30,270 bases of DNA from a virus (taxonomy: Duplodnaviria > Caudoviricetes): the IMG/VR virus record IMGVR_UViG_3300033067_000104, positions 1 through 30,270 of that record, one strand, 5' to 3'. Under the pieces are notes generated by a model. It saw nothing but the letters and a program-made list of their open reading frames with translations, did no database searches and was not told the origin of the DNA. Both the position numbers and the translations under genes were made by a program. Positions 5,383-13,692 of the stretch are shown here, in pieces. Position 1 is the first letter of the stretch. Every line of letters starts with the position of its first letter.

Positions 5383-7443
5383 TCACTTGAACGGAATCAC
5401 CTTTCTATCCACCTCACCTGAGCCGTCATGGTCTTCAAAGATCGCCCAACACCAATCACCGTGAACAAATACTTTCTCTGCGTTTTGGAGTTGCGTCTTC
5501 ACACGCCACCACAGCTTTCGGAATTCCTCTGCATCCAGATCGCTGCCACACGATGCTTTGTACTCATCACGCCATTGGTCAACCTTGATGCACTTGTTTC
5601 TCATGCCGTTGATGTTCTCCATCATTCCGAACTTCTTGATGGCTGCATGAAGCGATCTCAAGGCGTTTGAGTTGTTAGTCCCAAGCCCTGACCTTGTTGG
5701 TGGTGGAACTGCGTCCTTACGGCTTCTATTCACATCCATCTCTGCATCCACTTCCACAGCCAATGAGCTTACTGAATCAAACCCCAAATGTGTTGTGGAT
5801 AACTCCACCGTAATCATCTGGAAACCGTACCGCTGACCGTCCTCACCGTCCTTCTGTTTGCTGATGTGCAGGATTCCTTTTGGCGCGTCCTCAATGCGGA
5901 TGATCTCAAGTTCCGTGTCCACGGCTCCAAGTAAGCTGCTGTGACCCCTCAATCCTTTGGTGGCATCCTTACCAGCATGGTGAACCACCAGCAATGCGCA
6001 GTTGTATCTGCCTTGGATTGCGCCAGCCGCTGTGATGAAGGCTCCCATGTCCTCTGATGCGTTCTCATTGCCACCGCCAAACGCTCTGGCCAAGGTGTCG
6101 ATGACTACGAGTTCAAAGTTGATGTCGTGGGTTGCTTGGATGTCATCCACGGCTTGAATCAGGTCTTGGATGTCCGTTGCTGAACTGCGTAAATTGATCT
6201 GCTTGCGCAAAAAGAACACAGGCGCACCTGCTGGCGTGTTGTGATGCTTCTTCATGGCCTTGATACGCGCACCGATACCACCGTGACCCTCACCCGCAAT
6301 GTAAAGTACTGCACCTTGATGCTTGACTTCTTTAGTCAGGAATTCCCTGCCAGTTGCAATGCACTCCGCAATGTCCAGCGCGACAAATGACTTGAAACTT
6401 GCTGGTGGCGCGTACAGCGCGACAAACGCTTTCTTGGGGATGACACCTTCGATAAGCCACTCCACAGGCTCATCATCAATGTCATCCAACTGCTCAATCT
6501 TGAATGGTTGACGTTGGATACTTAAATTCGCGGGTTGTAACCTTAAACCAATCCTCAAAGATTCCTCAAGAGTTTTCTCTTTTTCCTCTGCTTGCGTGAA
6601 GCGTTCAGGAATCGTTACGTCATCTTCACTGCTGATCTTCTCAGCCTTCTTGGTGATGGCTGCAAGGTCAGTCTTGTCGTAGCCGTACCTGTTCACGTAC
6701 TCATAAGCATCTTCCTTGATGTCGTCCAGCGGTAGGTCAACCACTCGGATGCTGTTTGCTACGTTCTTGATGGCCTTGACCGCTTTCTTCGCAAACTCCC
6801 ATCCCACCTTATCGTTGTCCGGCAAGATGACCACGTTAAGGCCAGCGAAGTACTGGATGGCATCTTCAGGGAAGCTGGATGCTCCCTGATGCGTACAAGT
6901 TGCGCAGACACCGATGGATTTCAAAGCGTCCGCAGCCTTCTCGCCTTCCGTCAAGAAGACAGTGCGATTGTTGACTCTGGCTTGCTCTACTTCAGGCAAG
7001 TTGTACGGGACGATCTTTGCACCAGTGATGGTTGCGTGTCTCTTGCCCTGCTCATCCACCCTGAGCTGCTTGTACGTCTTACCCTTCGCGTCATAGGTCT
7101 TGTATCGCTGCTTGATGAACAGCGTAACCCCGTCCTCATCCGTGTAGTGCCACTCCTGCTCCAGCGTTGGCTGCTGTATTGGCTTGATTGACGCTAAGAG
7201 TTCAGCGCGTGGCTCCAAGTCTGGCAGGAGTCCGTAATCACGGATGGCTTGGAACACATCGTGCTGGTCGCATCCACCGTGGCACTTGAACAGCGGTTTG
7301 CTGTCAGGACCATCAGTGATTGATAGGCTCGGATTCTTGTCACCGTTGCCTTGGCCATGCGTAGGCAGTGGGCAACTAGCCAGCCAGCTCCCATTGACCT
7401 TCTTCGCGTTGCCAAGCGCCTTTGCTATTTGTTCGGCTTGCAT
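5383..7443 (-). CDS. Primase-helicase (Zn finger + TOPRIM + RepA/AAA_25-type helicase)
   Basis: CPLPTH...CHGGC zinc finger, TOPRIM motifs EGEKAAD and PDND, Walker A APPASFKS, YIAGEG, Walker B VVIDTLAR, and VHHAGK...LRGHSSL. Confidence 0.92.
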   Translation of the reverse strand: MQAEQIAKALGNAKKVNGSWLASCPLPTHGQGNGDKNPSLSITDGPDSKPLFKCHGGCDQHDVFQAIRDYGLLPDLEPRAELLASIKPIQQPTLEQEWHYTDEDGVTLFIKQRYKTYDAKGKTYKQLRVDEQGKRHATITGAKIVPYNLPEVEQARVNNRTVFLTEGEKAADALKSIGVCATCTHQGASSFPEDAIQYFAGLNVVILPDNDKVGWEFAKKAVKAIKNVANSIRVVDLPLDDIKEDAYEYVNRYGYDKTDLAAITKKAEKISSEDDVTIPERFTQAEEKEKTLEESLRIGLRLQPANLSIQRQPFKIEQLDDIDDEPVEWLIEGVIPKKAFVALYAPPASFKSFVALDIAECIATGREFLTKEVKHQGAVLYIAGEGHGGIGARIKAMKKHHNTPAGAPVFFLRKQINLRSSATDIQDLIQAVDDIQATHDINFELVVIDTLARAFGGGNENASEDMGAFITAAGAIQGRYNCALLVVHHAGKDATKGLRGHSSLLGAVDTELEIIRIEDAPKGILHISKQKDGEDGQRYGFQMITVELSTTHLGFDSVSSLAVEVDAEMDVNRSRKDAVPPPTRSGLGTNNSNALRSLHAAIKKFGMMENINGMRNKCIKVDQWRDEYKASCGSDLDAEEFRKLWWRVKTQLQNAEKVFVHGDWCWAIFEDHDGSGEVDRKVIPFK

Positions 7444-7557
7444 TTATTCGGCATCCAATTCTTCTTCTATTGTTTCTAAACGCTGCTCCAATTCATAGAC
7501 CCTTTGAGCCAATGCAATTACGAGCAACTCCATAAATTCTTCGTTGAGTATTTTCAT
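7444..7557 (-). CDS. Small acidic coiled-coil protein, 37 aa (MKILNEEFMELLVIALAQRVYELEQRLETIEEELDAE)
   Basis: Manual translation; its stop codon abuts the primase ATG. Confidence 0.6.
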   Translation of the reverse strand: MKILNEEFMELLVIALAQRVYELEQRLETIEEELDAE

Positions 7558-7563
7558 AGTGAC

Positions 7564-7600
7564 AAAAAAACGGGACCAGCCTAAGCCAGCCCCGTCTTTT
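7564..7600 (-). terminator. Rho-independent terminator after the SSB-like gene
   Basis: Minus-strand ACGGGGCUGGC-UUAG-GCUGGUCCCGU stem (with G-U pairs) followed by a U run. Confidence 0.8.
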
Positions 7601-7609
7601 CATTGATGT

Positions 7610-8194
7610 TTAGAACATCTCGTCATCTTCGACAGCTTGCGCCATCGCTGACTTCGGCGCTGGTGTAGCGGATGCCATTACACCTGAAGCCGTAAACGAT
7701 TGCTCACCATCATCAGCAGGAGCATCCATACCTTCAGGCTTTGCAACCCAAGACACCACGTTGAAGTTAGGGATGCGAGTCGTACCCTTACCAATCTTCT
7801 CCAACTTGCTGCCTGTGTACTCAATCACTGGCAACTTGCCAGCATTGGCAGCGCGATCTGCTGATGCTGCTTTGTAGAGAGCTTCCAAGCCCATGTTTGG
7901 ACCTGTACCGTTTGCACTCCACTCCACAGTTCCAAGTTCTTTGTTGTAGAACTTGACGGAGAAACCGCGCTTATGCTCAGGAGATGGCTGCTTGCCCTTC
8001 TGACCAAGAGCTGCATCAGGTTGCCAATCACGCGCACCTTCAGCCAACAACATCCAACCTGTTTGCACATTGTCGATGTCGAAGACCACCTTCTTCAATT
8101 GGATTTCTTCTTTAGCGTTGTTCAGCCAAGCGTTTGCAGATGGCATGAAACGGATGTAGTTACCTGAACCACCAGAGGATGAGAGATTAAGCAT
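7610..8194 (-). CDS. Putative single-stranded DNA-binding protein
   Basis: Sits between the exonuclease and primase. Beta-rich core, Ala/Pro linker and an acidic tail ending in Phe (EDDEMF). Confidence 0.6.
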   Translation of the reverse strand: MLNLSSSGGSGNYIRFMPSANAWLNNAKEEIQLKKVVFDIDNVQTGWMLLAEGARDWQPDAALGQKGKQPSPEHKRGFSVKFYNKELGTVEWSANGTGPNMGLEALYKAASADRAANAGKLPVIEYTGSKLEKIGKGTTRIPNFNVVSWVAKPEGMDAPADDGEQSFTASGVMASATPAPKSAMAQAVEDDEMF

Positions 8195-8241
8195 TTGAGC
8201 CTTTCGAGTTTAAAAATGCCACGATGTGTGGCGGGAGTGGA

Positions 8242-9306
8242 TTATTCACCAAGACCGACTGCTCTTGCAAGCGTCAATCCAGAACTTTCTTTTTTGGTGA
8301 TGTCATCCAGCAACACTCTGTCGTCTTTAGACAACAGTTTGCTTGCTTCTGCGGGACTAATGATTGATGTTGTATAAATCAATTCCCGACTAATTCCGTG
8401 GGAGATGAGCGCGTCTGCTGCTGCTTGCTCATCCTTCCATTTGCGTTGGGCGCGTTTGGGTTGCAACTGCCAGCCACGAACCACAGCACCACCTTCCAAA
8501 CGCTCTGTGGCGTACTTGCGTAAGGCTTTGATGTAGTCCTCAACCATGTCCACCTTGGCCAGCATTGCGCCAATGGTTTCTTCACTCATCTCGTGCATTG
8601 GTGGCTGCGCTGCAACCTCGTTGAACTGCTCAACGTGCGCAGGACAAGTTGCCTTGGCTGGACACCACTGGCAAGCCTTCTCTGATGGCGTTGGTGTTGT
8701 TGTGCCTTCACCAATTGCTTTGATGGCTGGTGTGAGATTCTTTGCAGTCCAATCGTTCAATTCCTTGAACGTCATCTTGTGAGTGCGTGGCTCACCATGA
8801 TGCGGCTGAATGATGGCCAGCTCGATGTTCTTGAATTCTTCTTTGAGTGAACGCATCGCACCAATGGCGTAAATCTTCATTTGGTCTGAGTCAGCGTCAA
8901 CGTAACCACGACCTGTCTTCAAGTCAGCAATGACCAGCGTGTCTTGCTCTACGCTGTACGCCATCACATCAGCAGTGCCACCGAGATCAATCTTGTCTGA
9001 CTTGTATGCTGTGACGTATTGCTCTACCTTCAGTGTGCCTAAGCGAATCTCTAAGTCACGGATATGGTCAACGTGATTCTGCGCGAAATCTGCGTTGTTG
9101 TCAGTGATGGTGATACCTTCAACTTCCTTACCAACGAAGTCGTATGGAGATACACCCGTCAAGATGCAAGTCTCAGCCACTGCGTGAATGGCTGTGCCGA
9201 TCTGCGCGGCTTCTCCTGCTGGCTGGTACGGGATGTTCTCGCACAGCTTGACTGATGCAGGGCAGTTAATCCAGCGCGATGCTGCTGATGGTCTTAGCTT
9301 AATCAT
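8242..9306 (-). CDS. PD-(D/E)XK Cas4-like exonuclease (DUF2800-like)
   Basis: PSAASRWINCP, GTAIH, GGTAD, IADLKTG, QMKIYA and a C-terminal CQWCPAKATC cluster. Confidence 0.88.
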   Translation of the reverse strand: MIKLRPSAASRWINCPASVKLCENIPYQPAGEAAQIGTAIHAVAETCILTGVSPYDFVGKEVEGITITDNNADFAQNHVDHIRDLEIRLGTLKVEQYVTAYKSDKIDLGGTADVMAYSVEQDTLVIADLKTGRGYVDADSDQMKIYAIGAMRSLKEEFKNIELAIIQPHHGEPRTHKMTFKELNDWTAKNLTPAIKAIGEGTTTPTPSEKACQWCPAKATCPAHVEQFNEVAAQPPMHEMSEETIGAMLAKVDMVEDYIKALRKYATERLEGGAVVRGWQLQPKRAQRKWKDEQAAADALISHGISRELIYTTSIISPAEASKLLSKDDRVLLDDITKKESSGLTLARAVGLGE

Positions 9307-9309
9307 GTT

Positions 9310-9537
9310 TCACTTTCTGTTGTATTGATTCTGTTCTTCTTCACGCTCTTGGCTGAACAAGTTGTAAATGGTTGATCGCACCTCATGCGGGATAGACCAA
9401 CCCATGACATCTGGGTTGAGCATATCTTGCAAGATGTTGTTGCGAGCTGTGAGCTGCGCTTGCGTCTTCATCAGCTCGGAGCCAAGCCACACAATATGCT
9501 CGCGCATCACTTCGGTTTCTGATTTGTTGTCTGTCAT
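9310..9537 (-). CDS. Hypothetical protein (75 aa)
   Basis: In-operon ORF with an ATGA overlap to the resolvase gene. Confidence 0.7.
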   Translation of the reverse strand: MTDNKSETEVMREHIVWLGSELMKTQAQLTARNNILQDMLNPDVMGWSIPHEVRSTIYNLFSQEREEEQNQYNRK

Positions 9538-10001
9538 AGTTTGCTTCCGTAATAAGCGATCATCGTACTATCCGCTCTGCCACTGTCTTTCACTCGTGCA
9601 AACAGTTGCTGATGCTCTGGGTGGAGTTCCATGCAGCGATGACGAATTGCGTCCTTGCCTTTGCCGCATTGCGTTGCCTTCATCCATGCTTGTGGTGTGA
9701 CGTATGTCACTGGCACATTCAACGCAGCCAATGCACCTTCAATGATTCCAGCAGCACGACCAAACGCGAACATCGAAGTCACGCCTTGGTTGGGCATTGC
9801 GCCGACCTTCTCCACCACTGCGTGTGTTGGATTCAATTCCTTGATGGCAGCAGCCACACCTTGTGCAGAGATGTGGTTCTTTTTCTTGCCACCACGAATG
9901 ACCTCAACGCAAGGCATATCAATTACACGCTCGAACTTGCCATTGACGTACAAGGAGAAAGCGCCAGCAGCACCAATGTCCACGCCCATGACGCGAATCA
10001 T
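9534..10001 (-). CDS. RuvC-like Holliday junction resolvase
   Basis: Start reassigned to ATG at 10001 (ATGA overlap). Motifs MGVDIG, VVEKV, GVTSMFAFG, VTPQAW and GRADS. Confidence 0.85.
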   Translation of the reverse strand: MIRVMGVDIGAAGAFSLYVNGKFERVIDMPCVEVIRGGKKKNHISAQGVAAAIKELNPTHAVVEKVGAMPNQGVTSMFAFGRAAGIIEGALAALNVPVTYVTPQAWMKATQCGKGKDAIRHRCMELHPEHQQLFARVKDSGRADSTMIAYYGSKL

Positions 10002-10219
10002 GCTGAGTCCTTGGTGAGCTGTGCAATACGCTGTGCGATTAGCTCGTCCAGCGCAGCCTTGAGCTTGTCCACGGATGACACCAATGGAACTGTCTTGCCT
10101 GAAATCCACCGAGAGACTTGCGCTTGGTCAATCTCGGCTTTACGGCTGACCTCTGCCATATTGAAGCCAGCAGCTTCGGCTTTGGCCTTGATGTCTGTGA
10201 TGTATGTTGAAGTGTTCAT
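9998..10219 (-). CDS. Cro-like XRE helix-turn-helix regulator
   Basis: 73 aa with HTH MAEVSRKAEIDQAQVSRWISGKTVP; first gene of the leftward operon. Confidence 0.85.
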   Translation of the reverse strand: MNTSTYITDIKAKAEAAGFNMAEVSRKAEIDQAQVSRWISGKTVPLVSSVDKLKAALDELIAQRIAQLTKDSA

Positions 10220-10263
10220 GCGTAGTATGTTAACATGAACTTGACGACATAATCACGAAGGTT

Positions 10264-10357
10264 AAAAAGATGGGTGACAGCGCGAACTGCCACCCATTCA
10301 AAGGCAACTGCGCAGGGGAGAACTGCACAGCATAGGTGGGAGAAACCGACCCACCGT
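10264..10357 (-). ncRNA. Candidate small RNA (~95 nt): two hairpins plus an intrinsic terminator
   Basis: Promoter GTGCTT-17-TAAAAT (10391-10363). Hairpins at 10335-10355 and 10310-10328. Terminator stem at 10270-10297 followed by U5. Stem mismatches are G-U pairs only on the minus strand. Confidence 0.6.
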
Positions 10358-10408
10358 GTAGGATTTTAGGGATTTGTTGCAAAAAAAGCACATTCAATAA
10401 AATAATCC

Positions 10409-10436
10409 TTGCCTACCTAATCAAGTGTGATATGAT
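10409..10436 (+). promoter_or_regulatory. Sigma70-type promoter for the rightward accessory operon
   Basis: TTGCCT-16-TATGAT with an extended -10 TG and an A-rich UP-like tract upstream. Confidence 0.6.
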
Positions 10437-10467
10437 TCACTCATCAACAACCAATAGGATTGAAACC

Positions 10468-10668
10468 ATGAAACTCAACGACACCACCCGCACATACCCA
10501 CGCACGATGCAGGAAGCCTACCCCAACACCATTGACGCAATCGAGTCGCGTCAGCGTTGGGAGTGGATGGAAGGCCATCGCTCTGATGCGTCAGCTCAAG
10601 CTGAGTATTGGGTTCACATGGCGCTGGCCTTTGCTGCTGGTTTCTTGGTTTGCCATCTGTTTGCCTAA
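10468..10668 (+). CDS. Hypothetical protein with a C-terminal hydrophobic helix (66 aa)
   Basis: Start reassigned to ATG at 10468, after AGGA. MKLNDTTRTYPRTMQEAY...VHMALAFAAGFLVCHLFA. Confidence 0.7.
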   Translation: MKLNDTTRTYPRTMQEAYPNTIDAIESRQRWEWMEGHRSDASAQAEYWVHMALAFAAGFLVCHLFA

Positions 10669-10691
10669 TGCTATTCGAGGAAGAACAATTT

Positions 10692-10901
10692 ATGTCTGAG
10701 CAACTACAAAACGATATTGATGACATCGTGACTGACTTCATTCGCCGCTCTGGTGGCAAGGTTGGAGTGATTCGTCCTGATGAACTGGCCACCATGATTC
10801 GTGAAGCAGCCAGCCGTGGCGCAATGGCTGGATGGCTTGGTGGTGTTAAGCAGGAGCGTGAACACACGCGAAGCGTGAAGATGAAGGAGCAGAAGCTGTG
10901 A
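10692..10901 (+). CDS. Hypothetical protein
   Basis: MSEQLQNDIDDIV... follows a GAGG RBS; an alternative start exists at 10668. Confidence 0.65.
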   Translation: MSEQLQNDIDDIVTDFIRRSGGKVGVIRPDELATMIREAASRGAMAGWLGGVKQEREHTRSVKMKEQKL

Positions 10902-11002
10902 GCTGGCCTTTCCCAACACATCCACCAACACCGTGGACGCACAAGCAAATCAAAGAATACGCGCAACAACAACGCGCACAACTGCCAGAAAGTCCTATGT
11001 GA
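10898..11002 (+). CDS. Small protein, 34 aa (MSWPFPTHPPTPWTHKQIKEYAQQQRAQLPESPM)
   Basis: AAGGAG RBS, GTGA overlap upstream and TGATG overlap downstream. Confidence 0.65.
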   Translation: MSWPFPTHPPTPWTHKQIKEYAQQQRAQLPESPM

Positions 11003-11181
11003 TGAAAAAACCAACTCAAAAACATGACCACAGGCAAAGTCTTTGGCTAATTGCTGGTGGACATATTGCATGGTGTTATCAATGTGGCGCTTGGAAATTA
11101 AACCAAAAAGATGCGCCAAGATCATGGAACAAACCAACTGGTATTGGCGGCATCAATCCAGCAATGAAAGAAACAAAATGA
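11002..11181 (+). CDS. Hypothetical protein with CxxC (59 aa)
   Basis: MKKPTQKHDH...WCYQCGAW; translationally coupled at both ends. Confidence 0.6.
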   Translation: MKKPTQKHDHRQSLWLIAGGHIAWCYQCGAWKLNQKDAPRSWNKPTGIGGINPAMKETK

Positions 11182-11510
11182 CAACCCAAACAGAAGCATT
11201 GAAGCTGGCGTTTGAGGCGGCCGATGAATTGGAATGGTTTTTGGAAAGTGGCTATGAACATGGACGCGAAGGGCCACCAAGAGTTCATCGGTTAATCGCC
11301 AAGATTAGGGCTTTATCGGCACAGCCAGAGCAGAAGCCTGTGGTAGTGATGGAGCTTTACACAGTTGGTTGGGATTTGGTTGAAAACATTGATATTGATT
11401 GGCTTGAGAGTCTGCCATTCGGGACAAAGCTCTACGCACATCCACACGTCCAGAAACTTGGCATGACAGAAGAAAAGTTTAAAAATGACAACACAAACAG
11501 TAACTATTGA
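11178..11510 (+). CDS. Modular accessory protein, paralog 1
   Basis: Start reassigned to ATG at 11178. Segments EALKLA, AQPEQKPV and LYAHP are shared with the next gene. Confidence 0.7.
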   Translation: MTTQTEALKLAFEAADELEWFLESGYEHGREGPPRVHRLIAKIRALSAQPEQKPVVVMELYTVGWDLVENIDIDWLESLPFGTKLYAHPHVQKLGMTEEKFKNDNTNSNY

Positions 11511-12129
11511 ACGTAGCAAGCTGAAGCTGGCGCTTGATGCGTTTATTGAACTGCTTCAGCGGTCAGAGAACTTTCATACGGCAGATGTGCATTTCAAAGA
11601 TTTCGTTGTGGCTAAAGACGCTATGGAATCTTCTCGCGCCGCCATCACCGCCATCAAAGAAGCCTTAGCAGTTGACAAGGAATCCTTGACTACTGAGGCG
11701 CAGCAAAGTAATGAACAGGGGTGCGAACACTGCAACCACTCACTTTATTGCGGAACCAAATGTAAAAATTGTGGGAAGCAAAGCAATGAACAGGTAGAGC
11801 CTGTGGCGTGGGTTCAAGATGTTGAACTTGAGCAATCGCCTGAGTTTGCATTTAGTTGGGTAGAAACACGTTTGCATAATGTTCCTCTCTACACACATCC
11901 ACCCGTACCTACGGCACAACCAGAGCAGGATAAAGAACGTTGCGTTGGTTGCGATGCTTGTATTGATACTGCTTGCGGTCGTGATGAATGTCCAAAGGGT
12001 TGGCCTAAAGCACCACAGCGCACATGGGTTGGGCTGACGGAACAAGAAGCCGCTGAGTGCTGGTCAACATCTACCGTTCGTACATGGCAAGCCATCGAAG
12101 CAAAACTCAAGGAGAAGAACACAAAATGA
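11485..12129 (+). CDS. Modular accessory protein, paralog 2, with two Cys-rich inserts
   Basis: Segments LKLAL, AITAIKEALA, EPVAW, LYTHP, AQPEQ, RTWVGLT and AIEAKLKEKN. Confidence 0.75.
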   Translation: MTTQTVTIERSKLKLALDAFIELLQRSENFHTADVHFKDFVVAKDAMESSRAAITAIKEALAVDKESLTTEAQQSNEQGCEHCNHSLYCGTKCKNCGKQSNEQVEPVAWVQDVELEQSPEFAFSWVETRLHNVPLYTHPPVPTAQPEQDKERCVGCDACIDTACGRDECPKGWPKAPQRTWVGLTEQEAAECWSTSTVRTWQAIEAKLKEKNTK

Positions 12130-12314
12130 AAAACAGAATCCAAGCCCTGCTGATGGCGCGTGAACTGGAAGCCTACCAAGCTGTTGGTACATCAAAGATT
12201 GCTGCATTGCTGTGCGATCTGGTCAAGCAGTTGGAGATATACGAACAAGAAGTTGACTCGCTGAATGAGCGCGTGAAGCAACTTGAGCTTGATGTGATGG
12301 AGCAAAGCCAGTGA
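12126..12314 (+). CDS. Hypothetical coiled-coil protein (62 aa)
   Basis: AGGAG RBS and ATGA overlap; start reassigned to 12126. Confidence 0.7.
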   Translation: MKNRIQALLMARELEAYQAVGTSKIAALLCDLVKQLEIYEQEVDSLNERVKQLELDVMEQSQ

Positions 12315-12790
12315 GCAAACCTCGTAAGAAGTACAAACCCAAAGGTGTCCGTCTGGATGCAATCACATGGGTAATCAATGGCTTTAGAAACATCAGCGAA
12401 ACAGGTGATGCTGTTTTGCACTTGAAGATTAAGAACCATGAATCATTGGAGTGTCTGCGCAAGGGTGAAGCTGGACGCATTGACATTGACACAATCATCG
12501 GCGCGTTCAACATTGCAGAAGCACTTGCACGAATGAAGATTGGCGATGACTACGCCAAAGAGATCAAGGCTGGCCAAGATGCTTTGCTTGAAGTTGCCAA
12601 ACGCGGTGTGAGTCGTGATGACAAGTTCATCTTGAAGGCAGCAGAGCTTACTGCGATTGTTGAAGCAATGTTCGTGCATGATGCCCAACTAGAGATCACC
12701 ACCATTGGTGAGCTTGAGAAGGCGATGGACATCGTGGCAAAGGAAATCCGCGCACGCAGAGCGCGTTCAGTATTGGAGAAGACGCAATGA
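12311..12790 (+). CDS. Hypothetical protein (159 aa)
   Basis: Coupled in-operon ORF with a basic N-terminus and helical character. Confidence 0.8.
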   Translation: MSKPRKKYKPKGVRLDAITWVINGFRNISETGDAVLHLKIKNHESLECLRKGEAGRIDIDTIIGAFNIAEALARMKIGDDYAKEIKAGQDALLEVAKRGVSRDDKFILKAAELTAIVEAMFVHDAQLEITTIGELEKAMDIVAKEIRARRARSVLEKTQ

Positions 12791-13035
12791 ATCTGTTATT
12801 TGATTTTATGGTTGCATTGACAAGCAATCTCCCATTCTTAGAGGCGTGGAAGCGTGTTCGATGTTTGCGCAATAAGCATTTCAGCAATACGCAGCCAGAG
12901 TTTATTCAAAAGGCTCATTTTGAAAACCATCCACACTCTGATTCATCATGGGTTTACACCGTCAATTTAATGCAGTGTAAACATTGCACATTGCATTTTC
13001 TTGATGATGGCATTGAAATGAGAAAGACAAAATGA
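12787..13035 (+). CDS. Hypothetical protein (82 aa), possibly zinc-binding
   Basis: GGAG RBS, ATGA overlaps, and C..H / CKHC residues. Confidence 0.6.
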   Translation: MNLLFDFMVALTSNLPFLEAWKRVRCLRNKHFSNTQPEFIQKAHFENHPHSDSSWVYTVNLMQCKHCTLHFLDDGIEMRKTK

Positions 13036-13190
13036 ACAACTACGAAGAACCAGAAGACATTGAACAAGATGACGAAGACGAAATCTGTTCATGGTGCAGT
13101 GGCTCTGGTGAAGGTATGTATGACGGCTCAACCTGTGGCAAGTGCAAAGGCACTGGCGTAGAACCAAGGGAAAAAGAAGATGACTATTAA
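13032..13190 (+). CDS. Stand-alone DnaJ-type zinc-finger mini-protein (52 aa)
   Basis: Manual translation MNNYEEPEDIEQDDEDEICSWCSGSGEGMYDGSTCGKCKGTGVEPREKEDDY shows two CxxCxGxG motifs. Confidence 0.75.
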   Translation: MNNYEEPEDIEQDDEDEICSWCSGSGEGMYDGSTCGKCKGTGVEPREKEDDY

Positions 13191-13368
13191 AACAACACTT
13201 GCACCTGATGCCTCATGGCCATCAGAGCCACCAAAGACAAAGCGTGTGTATGCACCAAGGCAAAGACCAAAAACATACTCCAAGACTCAACCAATCAAGG
13301 AAGTTGACTATCTGCGCGAAGCGCGTGAGCAGTTAGCTGAGATGATGAACAAAAGGAAAGCAGCATGA
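13180..13368 (+). CDS. Hypothetical protein (62 aa)
   Basis: In-operon overlapping ORF. Confidence 0.6.
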   Translation: MTIKTTLAPDASWPSEPPKTKRVYAPRQRPKTYSKTQPIKEVDYLREAREQLAEMMNKRKAA

Positions 13369-13550
13369 AATACATTGACCTGATCGCATACCCAATCATG
13401 CTGGCAGTTGTCTATGTTCTAACTGGCTTCGCCAACTGGAACAGCAACCCAGAGTTTTGGACATACGCCGACCGTTGCTTCTGGCTCATCTCTGGACTTG
13501 TATGGGGCTTTGCCTTGCAATTACGAATCAACAAGAAACCAACACCATGA
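13365..13550 (+). CDS. Small membrane protein with two hydrophobic segments
   Basis: Segments LIAYPIMLAVVYVLTGF and FWLISGLVWGFAL; ATGA overlaps. Confidence 0.65.
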   Translation: MKYIDLIAYPIMLAVVYVLTGFANWNSNPEFWTYADRCFWLISGLVWGFALQLRINKKPTP

Positions 13551-13690
13551 ATGACTTTGCAATGGAAGACATCTCAAACATTGCCTTGCTTTGCTTCTTG
13601 CTTGGCATTGGCTTCATCACATTCATTGGCGTTGCAGCCATTTACATCACATCTCTTTTTTTAATGGAATCATTCAATGACGGTAATTGA
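13547..13690 (+). CDS. Small membrane protein (47 aa)
   Basis: Start reassigned to ATG at 13547; one long hydrophobic stretch. Confidence 0.6.
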   Translation: MNDFAMEDISNIALLCFLLGIGFITFIGVAAIYITSLFLMESFNDGN

Positions 13691-13692
13691 AG

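Noticed and set aside
5261-5464. 67-aa plus-strand ORF and a possible CRISPR-like repeat array
   Set aside because: The ORF is antisense and just reads through the repeats. The repeats are 11 bp, abutting or inverted, with no regular unique spacers.
6387-6412. Non-canonical helicase Walker A (APPASFKS) as a sign of inactivation
   Set aside because: The catalytic KS and all downstream motifs are intact, and an A in the first position fits the (G/A)xxxxxK(S/T) pattern.
8242-9306. Cas4-like nuclease as evidence of a CRISPR system
   Set aside because: There are no other cas genes and no array. Stand-alone nucleases of this family are routine in phage recombination modules.
10336-10467. Long N-terminal extension of the first plus-strand ORF
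   Set aside because: It overlaps the promoter and sRNA region; ATG at 10468 has an RBS and lies downstream of the promoter.
10475-11137. 220-aa minus-strand ORF and the many other antisense or shadow ORFs in the track
   Set aside because: They lie opposite tightly coupled genes with good RBSs and show no recognisable motifs.
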